This document shows positions 15,201-28,350 of a DNA stretch of 64,000 bases, piece by piece. The DNA is from Eledone cirrhosa (lineage: Eukaryota): assembly GCA_964016885.1 (NCBI GenBank), contig OZ024744.1, positions 36,208,001 through 36,272,000 of the forward strand, given 5' to 3'. Under the pieces are notes generated by a model. It saw only the letters and a list, made by a program, of their open reading frames with translations. It searched no databases and was not told where the DNA came from. Every line of letters begins with the position of its first letter. Position 1 is the stretch's first letter. Both the position numbers and the translations under genes were made by a program.

Positions 15201-15999
15201 AAATGTATGTATGTATGTATGTATGTATGTATGTATGTATGTATGTATGTATGTATGTATGTATGTATGTATGTATGAGGGAGGTTATAGATAGGACAAC
15301 ACACGCTGTCTTTTCGTGGGGTAAGTTTTTTATTAATTTTTGTATTCTGAAACATCAAAATACAACAAATTTTGATCACTGGACTCGGAAATGTCACGAC
15401 AGAAGTTTGTGGAAGTTACACAAATATTTTAGTATATTTTAGCAGAGCAATCCTTATTTATATTTTACATTTTACATTTACTTACATCTCAATATAACAT
15501 GGCTAAAATTCAAATTTTGCAAAGAGAAGTAAACGGTCAAATGAACTAGATACATCGCACTGTCCCCCGCCACCACAATAACTTCTACACTCACTCCCCA
15601 CCATCACATTTCATTACCCTATCTACACTAAAGTCATCGACCTGTTGTCAAACTCTCTACTCTCTGTTGAATGTGTATATATATATATGTATGTATGTAT
15701 ATGTGTGTATATACATCACTCAGTCAAACGACCAGATTTCAACCCCAACATCTCCAACAACAACAACACCGACACTAATGTTTACAGCAACAACAGCTTC
15801 AGAATGAATTAAAATGAACATTTACAACAACACCAGCGGCGCCAAACGATTAAAAAAAAAGTTTAAAAAAACACAAACAAACAAAAAAACTAAAAATAAC
15901 AAAACACACACACACACAACACAACATTAACTGCCACCACCGCCGCCATCACCATCACCAGCGACCGGGCCTTAAGAAAACAACTTTAATAATAATAAT

Positions 16000-16170
16000 T
16001 TTTCTGCTTTTGGCACGGATCCAGCGACTGGACCAGCGCATTACTGGTACTCTCTTTTGTTGACTCCGTGGGGATGAAAGGCAAGGTTGACCTCGGCGGG
16101 ATTTAAGCTCAGAGCGTGGAGAGCCATATGTAAATGAGCTCAGAGCGTGGAGAGCTATGCTGTAAAGCAA
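16000..16170 (-). mobile_element. tRNA-derived SINE (same family as 48244-48420)
   Basis: Reverse complement of AAATCCCGCCGAGGTCAACCTTGCCTTTCATCCCC...; tail adjoins (TTA)n on the element strand. Confidence 0.7.
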
Positions 16171-16271
16171 TTATAATAATACTGGACTGTAATACGAACG
16201 GTTTCAACTATACAAACTCTTGAAAGTCAACAGTTGACATCATCTTGTAATTTGTATCAGTAATGACGGTA

Positions 16272-16307
<36 letters not shown>

Positions 16308-16494
16308 AAGTGTGTAGCGTGTGTGTGTTTGTTTGTATGTATGAGTGTTGCTGTGTGTGCGCGTATGTATGCGTGTGTGTGCGCACGTATGTATGCGCGT
16401 GTGTGTATGTCGTAGTATAAGTGTCAATAAGTGAATTTTTTTTGTTTTTTGCGCAGGGAGATAGAAATAATCGGGCTGGATGCCCGACCGCGCA

Positions 16495-16755
16495 GTTAAA
16501 CCACTGGGAGTGAAGAACCCCTAGCCCTTGTCAGGGCATTCTTCTAGGAGAAGGCATCTCAGGAAACTGGGTTAACTCCGACATAAAACCTGCAGCTCAG
16601 TAGTTACCGATGATGTTGATCTTTTCTTCTTTTCGGGTTATAGCTACTGTTGCTCAGAGAGTGGGATTGGCTCAGTGCACAATCTTTCCTCACTTTAAAA
16701 ATATTCGTCATGCACAGGCATTGCACGAGTGCATTAATAATTATTAATAGTGTAC

Positions 16756-16791
<36 letters not shown>

Positions 16792-16805
16792 TACTATTAT
16801 TATTA
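16495..16805 (+). repeat. Non-autonomous RTE-derived repeat ending in (TTA)n; second copy at ~23307-23630
   Basis: About 250 nt of clear identity (CCACTGGGAGT...GGAGAAGGCATCTCAGGAAACTGGG...CACTTTAAAAA...GCATTAAT), both followed by (TTA)n. Confidence 0.7.
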
Positions 16806-16879
16806 CATTTTTTTTTTTTTTTTTTTCCAATTCAATGATGTTCCAGAACAATATAAAAGATTGGCAATTTATGTTCTGG

Positions 16880-19800
16880 ACCACAAAAGATAATTGGCAA
16901 TAAGGGAAGGGGCCCCAGGATATCACAGCCTGGGCCCGCTCGTCATCGTGCCATTGTAATAGAGCCAAACAAGGCATTTAGTCTTGGCTGCTGGAACGTA
17001 CGGACGCTGCTTGACAGGGATTCCTTGGAGCGTCTTGAACGAAGGACCGCTCTTGTTGCAAAGGAGCATCGACGTTACGATCTTGACATCGTGGCTTTAT
17101 CTGAGACGAGGCTAGCTGGAGATAGTCATCTTACAGAATTTTGTGGAGAATATACATTCATCTGGAAAAGAAGAGATGAAGGAACCAGAAGAGAGGCTGG
17201 GGTAGGATTTGCTGTTAAGACTGTACTTGTGAATAAATTAGAAGAATTCCCAGTAGGGATTAGTGAGCGTGTTATGTCCATTAGAATTCCGCTGGACAAG
17301 GGAAGATATGCTACCCTGGTGAGTGTGTATGCTCCAACTATGAGTTCTGTCGATGAGGAAAAGGTGTCCTTTTACCATGCCTTGAAAGGTGTTTTAAGAA
17401 ATATCCCTCAGGCAGACAAGGTCATCGTGCTTGGTGACTTTAATGCTAGAGTGGGTAGGGATTTTAACACATGGAATGTAATCGGAAGGCATGGGGTGGG
17501 AAAGTGTAACAACAATGGTATGCTCCTGCTGCAGATGTGTGAGGAGCTGGATCTGTGTGTTACCAACACCATGTTCCAACAAAAGAACAAATTCAAGGCC
17601 ACATGGATGCATCCTGCATCTAAGGAATGGCATCTTTTGGACTACGTCCTAGTCAGGATGCGTGACAGACAAGATGTGCAGTGTGTTCGTGCTCTTCGTG
17701 GAGCTGAGTGCTGGACGGACCACCGCCTGGTACGCGCAAAACTGAAACTAATCACTAAACGTAAAATCCGGGCTCCTGGTGTTGCCCTACCCAAAAAATT
17801 GAATGCTGCTCGTCTTAAGGATAAAAATGTGAAGAGGGCATTGGAAGAAGAGATGCAGGCTGCAGATCTTGGTGAGGATTGGGCGACCCTTAAAAAGTCG
17901 GTTTATGATGTAGGCAGGCGTGTTCTGGGATTGGTGCAGAGAAAACATCAGGACTGGTTTAATGAGAATGATGTACATATAGAAGAGTTTTGGGCTGATA
18001 AGAGGCGTGCTCTGTCACGCTACTTGACGGCAAAACCACAGGAGAGGAATACGTTGCATGAGGAACTCAGGGATGTAAAATCACGTGTTAGGCGGAGTCT
18101 TTCTCAGATGAAGGGTCAGTGGTGGAGTGAGAAGGCTGGTGACATACAAACTGCGTCAATAACACAAAGCTGTTGTACAGTCTCTTGCGTGAGGTTTATG
18201 GACCGTCTTCTTCTCTGGTGACACCGCTTCGCAGCAAGGATGACAAAGACCTTCTTCGTGACTCACAAGGAATTCTACGAAGGTGGCGAGAGCACTTTGA
18301 TGATCTTTTGAATCAGCTGTCTGTCGTCAGTGAAGATTTCCTCAATCTCATTCCAGAAAGTCCTGTGAAAGTAGCTCTCGCAGAAACCTCCGACGCTTGT
18401 GGAGGTTGCAGTGGCTATCTCGAAGCTGAACAGTGGAAGATCTCCAGGTATGGATGGCATACATGCTGAGCTCCTACAATATGGTGGTGAGAGACTCCTG
18501 CAACATCTTCACTCTTTGTTTGGCAGGATATGGGCTAATGAATCCGTACCTGAGGACTGGAGAGATGCAGTAATGGTGGTCTTGTACAAGGGAAAGGGTA
18601 ACAGGAATGATTGTGGGAACTACAAGAGGTATATAATTGCTTTCTGTCGTAGGGAAATTTTTATGTAGGGTGCTTCTGGACCGTCTGCTGACACACATTG
18701 CAGATTGTGTTCTTCCTGAAAGTCAATCTGGTTTTCGTGCTGGACGCGGCACTGCTAATATGATCTTCTCAGCTAGACAGCTCCAGCAGAAGTGCACAGA
18801 ACAAGGCTTGGATCTGTATCAGGTTTTTGCGATAAATTTTTCCTGATAAGTTCCTTGCTTTAGTTAGGTCTTTCCATGACGACATGAAGGCTTGGGTTAA
18901 TGTCGGAAGTAACATGTCGGAACCTATCTCAGTAAAAAATGGAGTGAAAGAGGGGGATATTCCAGCTACGACCCTGTTTGCCATATACTTTGCAATGGTT
19001 TTCTGTATTGCATTCAGGAATTGCGAGCATGGTGTTTACATCCGATATCGAACCTCAGGCAGCATATTTAACATCAGGCGCTTTGCTGAAAAGACAAAAG
19101 TATTTACATCAATCATAAGAGAGCTCTTGTATGCAGATGATTGCGATCTTGTAGCGCACACAGAGAATGATATGCAGCACATTTTGAATGCATTTTCTGA
19201 CGTTTGCACTGCCCTAGGATTGACTGTCAGTCTCAAAAAAACCGTCGTCATGTACCAACCTGCCCCTGGTAAGCAGTACACTGAACCAAACATCTATATG
19301 TATGGTAAACGACTTGGAGTGGTTGATCAGTTTGTCTACCTGGGAAGCACTGTCAATCGATACAGCAATCTTGATAGTGAACTCTAACTTAGGATTAGGA
19401 AAGGAAGTGATGCTTTCGGAAAGCTAGAAAGGCGACTCTGAGGTCGGCGAGACATATGCAGGAGAACAAAGGTAAAGGTGTACAGGGCATGTGTGCTCTC
19501 TTGTCTTCTTTATGCCTGCGAGACCTGGATCACATATCGACACCACCTTAAGCAATTGGAGCGTTTCCATCAGATGTGTCTCAGACGGATCCATGGCGTT
19601 CACTGGAGGGACCACATCAGTGATGTCGAGATTTTGGAAAGCTCTATGTGTGAAAGTATAGAAGCTCTTGTGCTTAAGAAACGACTCCGTTGGAGTGGTC
19701 ACCTTGCCAGGATGAGATGAAGGATTCTAGAATACCAAAACAACTCTTTTATGGAGAGTTGTTTAAAGGAAAACGACCGCCACATAAACTAAAAAAGAGG

Positions 19801-20320
19801 TATAAGGATTCCTTGAAAGCCTCTCTGAAAGACGCTAACATCTCTGCTGATACATGGGAAAATATTGCTGCTGATCGTAATAAATGGAGAAAGACTGTAT
19901 ATGAGGGAAAAGTTGCCTTTGAGGCATCTCGAATCGCATACGAGAAAGTAAAGCGGGATGTGAGGAAGGGCATTGCTGTTACACTTCCAGACGGCGAGGG
20001 TCCTCCTATGGTGCTGGCATGCAGCGTCTGTGCGAAACTCTGCCTAAGCAAAGCTGGACTCGAAAGTCATCTTCGCAGTCATAAAGTAAGACCAGTGGTT
20101 GACTACCAGGCTGCTGTTGGAGATGCTACTCATCATGCTTGCCAAACATGTGGTAGAGAATGTAAATCAGCAGGAGGGCTCAAGCGACATGCAAAAGTAC
20201 ACGAACTCCAACCACAGCCGACTATTCCCGGTGAATGTTTTGGTTGCCGATTTGTGCAAGACATTTTAGATCATTGGCTGGGCTAAAAAGCCACATTCGA
20301 TCGCAGCGCTGTTACTTGTT
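16880..20320 (+). mobile_element. Near-full-length RTE-clade (BovB/RTE-1-like) LINE, frameshifted; APE-RT-C2H2 fingers
   Basis: GCWNVRTL, DIVALSETR, VYAPT, LGDFNARVG, WTDHRLV (17025-18221); SPGMDG; QSGFRAGR; ELLYADD; FVYLGS; C-terminal CxxC..H..H fingers. Confidence 0.93.
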
Positions 20321-20429
20321 ATCGTGTGTGTGTGTATAGATATGTTTATGTGTGTGCGTGTATGTGTATATATATATGTATATGTATATTATTATTGTTG
20401 TCGTTATTATTACTGTTATTATTATTATT

Positions 20430-20905
20430 ATGGTGGACCAGGTTGAAAGGACTAAAGACAGACACTTTTCTCTTCGGCCAATCCCTCATCAACTTCTTCA
20501 AGTTTCACCTGGAAAGGAGGGTGAGGGTGGAGAGAGAAGTGCTGCCCCCCAGTACATTTGCTAAAAGGTGGGTGAATGTGGCGAGAATGGCTCGTGTGAA
20601 TGGGCCTACTCTGACCATGCACCTATAGGCTGGCTAACTTGAGGAGAGGGGTGCCCTCCTGGGTGCCCTAGAAGCGCAGGGTGGTTCAGGATTGGTGGGG
20701 TGCCCGAATCACCCCAGGGTCGTCCACCCCCTATCGGGGAATTTATTTTGTTATATTTTGCATAGTTTATTTTATATTTTATATTTTCATTGTTAAATTA
20801 GTCTTGCCATTGTGCACTTTTGCTCGACCTTATTGTAAACCCCCACTGTCCCTATTTTTGTATTGTCCCCTACATGTCGGCCCTTGTGGCTAATAAATGA
20901 AATCA
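20430..20905 (+). mobile_element. 5'-truncated Tx1-like element 3' end (diverged relative of the 33-64 kb copies), flanked by (TTA)n
   Basis: WWTRLKGLKTDTFLFGQSLINFFKFHLERRVRVEREVL...RVNGPTLTMHL*, homologous to the ORF2 C-terminus at 44465; AATAAA then (ATT)n. Confidence 0.88.
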
Positions 20906-20963
20906 TTATTATTATTATTGTTATTAATATGTGTGTGTGTATATGTCTGTGTGTATGTGTGTA

Positions 20964-20996
<33 letters not shown>

Positions 20997-21194
20997 TTCT
21001 TTCTTTTATTTTAATTTTATTTTTTATTTTATTTTTTTTTTTTTTCTCTTCGTACAATGGCCATACTCGATAACGAGGGGGCAGCCATCATGCATGCATG
21101 TATGTAGTATGTAGTATGTATGTATGTATGTATGTATGTATGTATGTATGTATGTATGTATGTATGTATGTATGTATGTATGTATGTATGTATG

Positions 21195-21650
21195 TTTTCT
21201 CTTTCTCTTAATTTTGAGTATATTTTTTTGACCGGCCACCTTCCTGGTGGCAAGGTTGTAAAAGAAAAGAAATTGTCAGCCCTTGAATCGCAAGAATGTT
21301 TTGCAAATTTTGAAGGTGCCAGCTATCGCAGCCATTTGTAGACTATGAATTAGGGAGCTGCGCTTTTTGTCCGCAAATCCAAGTTCAGTCATACTTTGGT
21401 CCAAGCGGGTTGGTATATAACCCGTAGCACCAATAATGATGGGTATGAAGCTAAAGGTGTATCTTGGATACTGGATTTGTAAACTCCTCATCAATGGTCC
21501 GTAGATGTCCTCCTTCTCCTGTATTTTTCTGACAACGTTTACATCAAGTGGGCAGCTGATCTCCACAACAGAACACGTTTTCAATGTGTGGTCCCAAACT
21601 ACAATAGCAGGTCGGTTGTGCTTTAATTTGGTGGCAGTTTTTATTTTCAG
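21195..21650 (-). mobile_element. 5'-truncated R4-type RLE 3' end, tail running into (TACA)n
   Basis: KHNRPAIVVWDHTLKTCSVVEISCPLD...IPIIIGATG...GTFKICKTFL; 21-bp tandem duplication at the 5' junction (21630-21672). Confidence 0.82.
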
Positions 21651-21671
21651 GGGTGGCAGTTTTTATTTTCA

Positions 21672-21861
21672 GTTTATTAGAAATGCACCCACTGGTTTTA
21701 GGTTTTTTCGCAAATATTCACATATTTCAACGACGTTAAAGGCGACAAAGCCGCTAAACAGCAACACACTCACACGACAGAGGCATGTAATTACACCAAT
21801 CCAAACAAACACACAGGCAGTTATACACTTTCACACATACATACATGCATACATACATACA

Positions 21862-21919
<58 letters not shown>

Positions 21920-22635
21920 TGTATGTATGTATGTATGTATGTATTCGTTCAGCGCATCGGTAGGGGTTCTCCTACATGAATATAAAGTAGTGGCCATACT
22001 CGAAAACGAGTTGGCAGCCACCATGTATGTATGAATGCATGTATGTATGTGTGAAAGTGTATAACTGCCTGTGTGTTTGTTTGGATTGGTGTAATTACGT
22101 GCCTCTGTCGTGTGAGTGTGTTGCTGTTTAGCGGCTTTGTCGCCTTTAACGTCGTTGAAATATGTGAATATTTGCGAAAAAACCTAAAACCAGTGGGTGC
22201 ATTTCTAATAAACTTCCGATATTTGTTCTTCGACAATTTTCGCCGATAAACCTTTGTCTCTCTGGCCGTCGAGAAATGCACCGAAACAGTCATCACATCT
22301 ATCTGTACTTACTTGACCTGCTATTTAATGGACTTACATCTTAAAACATTTAGTAAATATCTTAACAGCATTTAGACATTTACTTATTGTATTTTGACGG
22401 ATATCCTCTTGTTATTGAAGATGTACTAATTTCCTTTTCAGGTTTACACACATATATACTTATGTATATATACATAAAAGGAAAAAAATGAAACGAAATT
22501 TCATTTCCCACTGTTAGTACGGCTGTTACTTAAATATAAGTATGTATACGTACATGGTGGCTGCCAACTCGTTTTCGAGTACGGCCACTACTTTATATCC
22601 ATGTAGGAGAACTCCTACCGATGCGCTGAACGAAT
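21672..22635. repeat. Interlocked inverted repeats (~190 bp and ~83 bp) around a (CATA)n/(TATG)n palindrome
   Basis: 21672-21860 is the reverse complement of 22023-22213; 21943-22026 is the reverse complement of 22552-22635. Confidence 0.9.
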
Positions 22636-23560
22636 GTGACTTTTTAGTCCAGCCAGCGACTTGAAAACTCTGGTACAAAGACTACACTTGTGACCATTAT
22701 TGACACATAGTGCAGGGCCCATGGTACCATGTGATGACAAGTGCAGAGAGATCTCCAGATATAAAGCAATGCCTGTGCTGTGAAGCTTTTATAGTGAGCA
22801 AAGGCACTGCACAAAGCCAGTCCCACTCTCTTAACCAAGATGATATTTACCAAAAAGAAGAACAAGTCAACATCATTGGATACCATCAGGGTTGCAGGTG
22901 TTATATCAGAGTTTTCCTTCTCCTAGAATTCTGCCTTGACAAAGGCTAAGGGGTCATCTCTCCCGGTGATTTTGGATGGCTATTGACTCTTAAGAGCTCC
23001 CTTTCCCTATGACAGGTTTTGTTTTTAGTCCTGCAGGATGTCCAAAGTCACCCTCCTCACCAAGAAACCTTGGTTGGGTTGCCAGTTTAGTCGCCAACGA
23101 CCCGACCATGGGACAGGTTGTACTGGGATACATGTTACCAGTAGCACCAACTGGTGACCTGACATGATTATGGGCTCGTATGGAATATTATACAGCACAC
23201 AGTTCAAATATGTGCAGGTCTTTACATACACTCTTAGTAGATTTTGCAAGTACGTATGTATGTAAATATGTAAATATGTATGTATGGATACCCGATCACG
23301 AGGTGAAACCACTGGGAGTAAAGCACCCCTAGCCCTTGTCAGGGCATGCTACTAAGAGAAGGCATCTCAGGAAACTGGGATAACTCCGATATAAAACCTG
23401 TGGCTCAGTAGTTACCGATGATGTTGATCTTTTCTTCTTTTCGAGTTATAGCTACTGTCGCTCAGGGAGTGGAATTGGCTTAGGGTACAGTCTTTTTTCA
23501 CTTTAAAAAATATCTTCACGCACGGACATTGCACGATTGCATTAATTAATAATTGTTAAT

Positions 23561-23632
<72 letters not shown>

Positions 23633-23639
23633 TTTATTA

Positions 23640-26600
23640 TTTGCATTTATCTTGCTTTATGTTCATACGAGTTATCACCAAGTCACAACCAGTGACCTCA
23701 AGAGACAACAAGGTCCGCCATGTTCAAGAAAGAACATACATATTCATACATGCATCCTTAGTGTTTAGACTTGTGATGTACTTATATTGACAGGATCTTC
23801 CTTAGTATATGGGCAGTTCCCATTAGTACTATCTTTTGTATTTCTCCTATACGCGGGTTTCCTGGGATTTGCGATAAGTAGTCGTTAGACCCCTTAGGTA
23901 TCATTCCCAGAGCGCCTACAACCACTGGTATTGTTTTAGTTCTCAATTTCCACATTTTTCCAATTTCTATCTCCAGGTCCTTATACTTGCTCAATTTTTC
24001 AAATGTTTTTATAGATACATTCTTGTCTATTGGAACAGACATATCAATTAGCAGGCATACCCTCCTTTGAAAGTCCTTCAATATTATATCAGGTCTATTT
24101 GCATCTATTTTTCGGTCTGTTTGGATGCTAAAGTTCCACAAGATTGAGATGTGATCTTTTTCAAGTATGGGAGGTGGTTGATGCTCCCACCAATTCTTTT
24201 GATGGGGCAGGTCAAAATGCTTACACATTATCCAATGTATGTATTGTGCAGCTCTGTCATGCCTGTTTAGGTATTCGGTTGGAGCTATAGGACTGCACAT
24301 TGAAATTATATGGTCAATGGTCTCTGGTTGTTTTTTTGCATACACGGCATAATGGGCTACATCCAATTATTTATTATGTTGGCTTGGTAATTTTTTGTTG
24401 GCAGACACTGATCTTGTGCTGATATAATCAGTCCTTCAGTCTCCGATTTCAGTCCAGAGGATGCCAACCACTGATGGGTTAAAGTTTTGTCAACATCAGG
24501 ATTGTTAGCTCGCTCTGGGTATTTTCCATACAGAGGCTTTTCTTGTCATTTCTTAGCCAGTTTCTGTAGCAGTTCTTTCTTTGCAGTTACTTTTACCTGC
24601 TTTGCTTTTTCTGTGTTTTCCATTTCAGCAGTAAATGGGACTTTTGAAATTTGTAGTCCATTACTGTATCTTTGTGCATCTTTTGTAATGGAATATGATC
24701 TTTTGATGCTTTCGTGTTTCAAAACGAGTTTGATCATCCAATCATGTGATTCCCTTAGATATGTGGATAATCCAATTGTTGCAGTTTTCAACGCAATGTC
24801 TAACTGGATTAACCCACGTCCTCCTTCTTTCCTAGGGAGATATATTCTATCTATATCTGCCTTAGGGTGATGCATTCTGTGGCATGGTTAAGAATTCTCG
24901 AATTTTTGTATCAAGCCTACGGATCTCTGTGCTTGACCAGTTGATGACATTGTAACTGTAGGTTACTACTGGTATGGCAAGCGTGTTTATGGCATCGATC
25001 CTATTCCTTGCATTCAATTCCGTTCTTAAGATTGCTCTTACTCTGCGGTAACATTCCTTCCTTATCCTTTCCCTCATTGTTGAGTGCTTGATTCCGTCTC
25101 CTTCACAAACACCTAGATATTTGTAAGTTTTTTCTTGATCACGTTTTCTTATCACGTTCCCCCGATCAAGATTAATGTCTGAACTCTTCAGCAGCTTTCC
25201 TCTGGTGAACGTTGCTTTGGCGCATTTATCTAGTCCAAACTCCATTTTAATGTCATCACTGAACTGCTCCACAGTGGTTAATAGCCCTTGCAATTGTTCA
25301 TCATTTTTGGCAAATAGTTTCAGGTCATCCATGTAGAACAAGTGATTAATGGTTTTGTCATAGACTTTATATCCATGTTTTGTTTCATTGAGCATTTTAC
25401 TTAATGGTATAAGTGCGATGCAGAATAAAAGCGGTGATAAAGAGTCACCCTGAAAAATTCCACAATTAATATTAACTTCTCCAGCTTCCAGTGATTTTGT
25501 TTCACTATTCAAAAGGAGTGTCGTTTTCCATGTCTTCATACTGAATGACAAAAACCTCCTGACAACGGGGGATATCTTGAAAATCTCTCAACATTTTTCA
25601 GTCCAACTGTGTGGCAAACTATCGAATGCTTTTTTATAATCTATCCAAGCAATTAATAGATTTTTGTGTCTATTATGACAATCTTCCAGTATCATTTTGT
25701 TAACCAAAAGCTGATCTTTACAGCCATATGAGCCTCGTTTACACTCTGTCTGCTCATTGGGCATAGATCATTTGTTATATGTATATTCAGTTAGGACTGA
25801 TGTTAAAATTTTATACATTGTGGTCAAGCAAGTTATCGGTCTGTAATGTTTGGGATTGTTTGTCTCATCATTCTTCGGAAGCAGGAATATAATACTGTTA
25901 ACTAGCCATGATGGTATCTTTTCTGGCTCCTTAACTATTTCATTGTAAAGTTGGGCTAACAACTCATGAGACTCTGTGAAGGCATTTATCCAAAAATTTT
26001 GTATTTTGTCTTTTCCTGGGGATTTCCATTTGCTGGTTTTCTTAGAGCCAAGCGCAACTGTTCAACTGTTATATTTTCCGATATTTTCTCCTCAAGGTGA
26101 GCTGTATCTTTCATTTGTCTGTCTGTCCATGGGGCATCTATGTTATGAACTTTTTCTTCGGCCCAGATCTTTTCCCAGAATTCTTGCACTTCCTCCTTGG
26201 GTGGTATTGATTTACCAGTTTTTGTTGACTTACCAATTTTTCTGTAGAAGTTTCTTTGGTTGTTTTTGAACATATTATTGTCCTTATAGAATCTAGATCG
26301 TTTTTCAAAGCGCCTTATACGAGCAGCTTTGGCCGACACTTTTTGCTTCATTATTTCTATCAGCATGTCTATGTCACTTGTTGATTTTATACTGTACTTT
26401 CTTTTCAATTTTCTAAGTTTAGTTTGTTTAACATGTTCACCTACTTTATAGTTTGATAAGATTTCTATGTCAGATTGGAGAAGGTTTATTTGGCGATTGA
26501 TGTTCTCTTGCCAAGTAGATTTCTTGTGGGAATTCCTTTGTTTTTTCATCTTCACTCCACATAAGTGAGTGGTGACTTTAACCGATGCATAATAGAGATG

Positions 26601-27280
26601 ATTTAAATTAGTAATGTTTAGGTTGTTTGTGATGATAATGTTTTTGATAATTATGTTAGTCTTGTGTATTATCTTTTGGTTCTGTTTGGAGTTCTGGATC
26701 TTAGGGAGGGTGTCTCAGTTAGTAACTTTTTTTTTACAATATTTCTTCGTATATTGGCTAGTTTGTTACTGTCAATATAGCCTCTTTTTTCGGGATGTTT
26801 CTTTTTCCAGTTGATATATGTCTGTTCTGTATTCGATGTATTTGATGGGTAGTACATGGCAGTGTAGAAAGCCTCAAGGACTTCTTTATTATCTTTCCTT
26901 GACCATTTTTCTCTCTTTTTCTTTGGATTTCTTGGTGGTGAGCATGGAGGGCCAACAGTAGGAGTATTCCGGTTATGGGAGGTCTCCAGCTCCGAAGTGA
27001 TGGGAAGGTTTGAACCATTAGCTGATTTTTCGACCTCAGTCTGGTTCCTCTCTGAGGGACGCGGCCCTTTTTTACCCGGGTGACGGCCGATCCTGTATGA
27101 GATTTTATCATTAGACATTTACTTTATTTTGTCGCGTTTTATCCTTATCCGCCAAGGGGTAATTATTTCGTGTTACCACTTCTAGAACGATTGTCAACCA
27201 AGACTAGAGGGGTCGTTCTCCCCTAGAGACACGGCTATTCCCCGCCGGCCGCCATCCCGGTATTTCTTGGTCACGGGGTT
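23640..27280 (-). mobile_element. Near-full-length R4/Dong element (family distinct from 28416-32020), frameshifted, 3' end in (TAA)n
   Basis: KWSRKDNKEVLEAFY; YRPITCL; GIFQGDSLSPLLF; HLFYMDD; ETIDHIISMC; ANRPDIILKD...LIDMSVP (RLE). Confidence 0.92.
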
Positions 27281-27419
27281 TTCTTTTTTGTTGTTTTTTT
27301 AAATTGTTATTATCATGAGTGGTTCCTTAATGTGAGCATTGCGTGGCTTAAGAATGAAATTATTAATAATTGTCTCCATTCCAGGCACAAGGCCAGCAAT
27401 CACCCAGTGCATTACCATA

Positions 27420-28350
27420 ATATAATATACTTTTTGCTGAAGTTGCCTGTTATTGTTGTCGGCTATGTCGGTGGTGGTGCTGGGGCTTTTTATATTGTTG
27501 GTGAGGAAGGGGGAGCCAGCAGTGCCATAGTTCTTGACGTTTGGCCGGTGGCCAGGTCACTAAGTCAATCTATTTTTATCTTTTGCTAGCCTCTCTCTTG
27601 TCTAGTGATACCGCCACCTTCCCCTTTCTTAAGTTAACAGGGGAATAGTGGTGGTAGCAATGAATGAGTGGTGCCGGCGGTGATGGGATAGTGGTAGCAA
27701 TGATGGATGGAGTGGTGGCGGCGTTGGTGTTGTCGTTACTGAGTTTTGTTGAATGGACTAGTATTTTTGATATGTAGTATCTGTGCGTTTGTGTCGCGTA
27801 TGTTTAATATATGTGTTGAATAGACTAGCTTTGTTTGATCTGTAGTATCTATGCGTTTCTGTCACGTATATTTAATATATGTGATGAGATATTCCCGTAA
27901 AATTGGAATTAAACATTTTGTTAAAACTTGAGACAATAATAATAGTAATTATTATTATGATGCTGGGATTGGTGGTGGTGGTGGTGAAATTGCCGTTATC
28001 TGGCTGTTATATTTAGTGTACACAGGGGGGTGATGGGGTAGGTGGTGTATCAAGTTTCTTGTGTTGGTGAAATTGCTGTTATTTGGCTGTTCTATATAGT
28101 GTAGACAGAGAGGGTTTTCTTCCATTTATAACCATTTTCTTTTTTGAATATAAAATATATAACACAAAATTGAATATTTGAGCGATATAACAATATATTA
28201 TGGATCCGAAATTTTATGAGACTTGATTCGGTGGTTTATGCATCATTTGTACTAAGAATTGTTATTTCACAATTGATTTAAATATGTTCAAAATCAAAAA
28301 CTTACGGGAGCGATTTCATGACCTTCTACCACCACGTGCGTCTTCTTCTC
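27420..28350 (-). mobile_element. Decayed Tx1-like 5' UTR + Pro/Thr-rich ORF1-like relic; homologues at 32330-33052, 48515-48990, and more weakly 15277-15960 (+)
   Basis: Shared AAAATGG(T/C)TA(T/C)AAATGG, GCTCAAATATT and CCCGTAAGTTTTTGATT blocks; short MEEN... Pro/Thr-rich frame (48564-48755). Confidence 0.55.

Noticed and set aside
22556-22635. HDV-like P1 with a G-U first pair (GGTGGCT/GGCCACT)
   Set aside because: No P1.1, P2 or J4/2; a simple hairpin.
22930-23165. Possible HDV-like ribozyme in the RTE-like 5' repeat (CTAA-ACTGG, GTCG/CGAC)
   Set aside because: Could not build consistent P1, P3 and P1.1.
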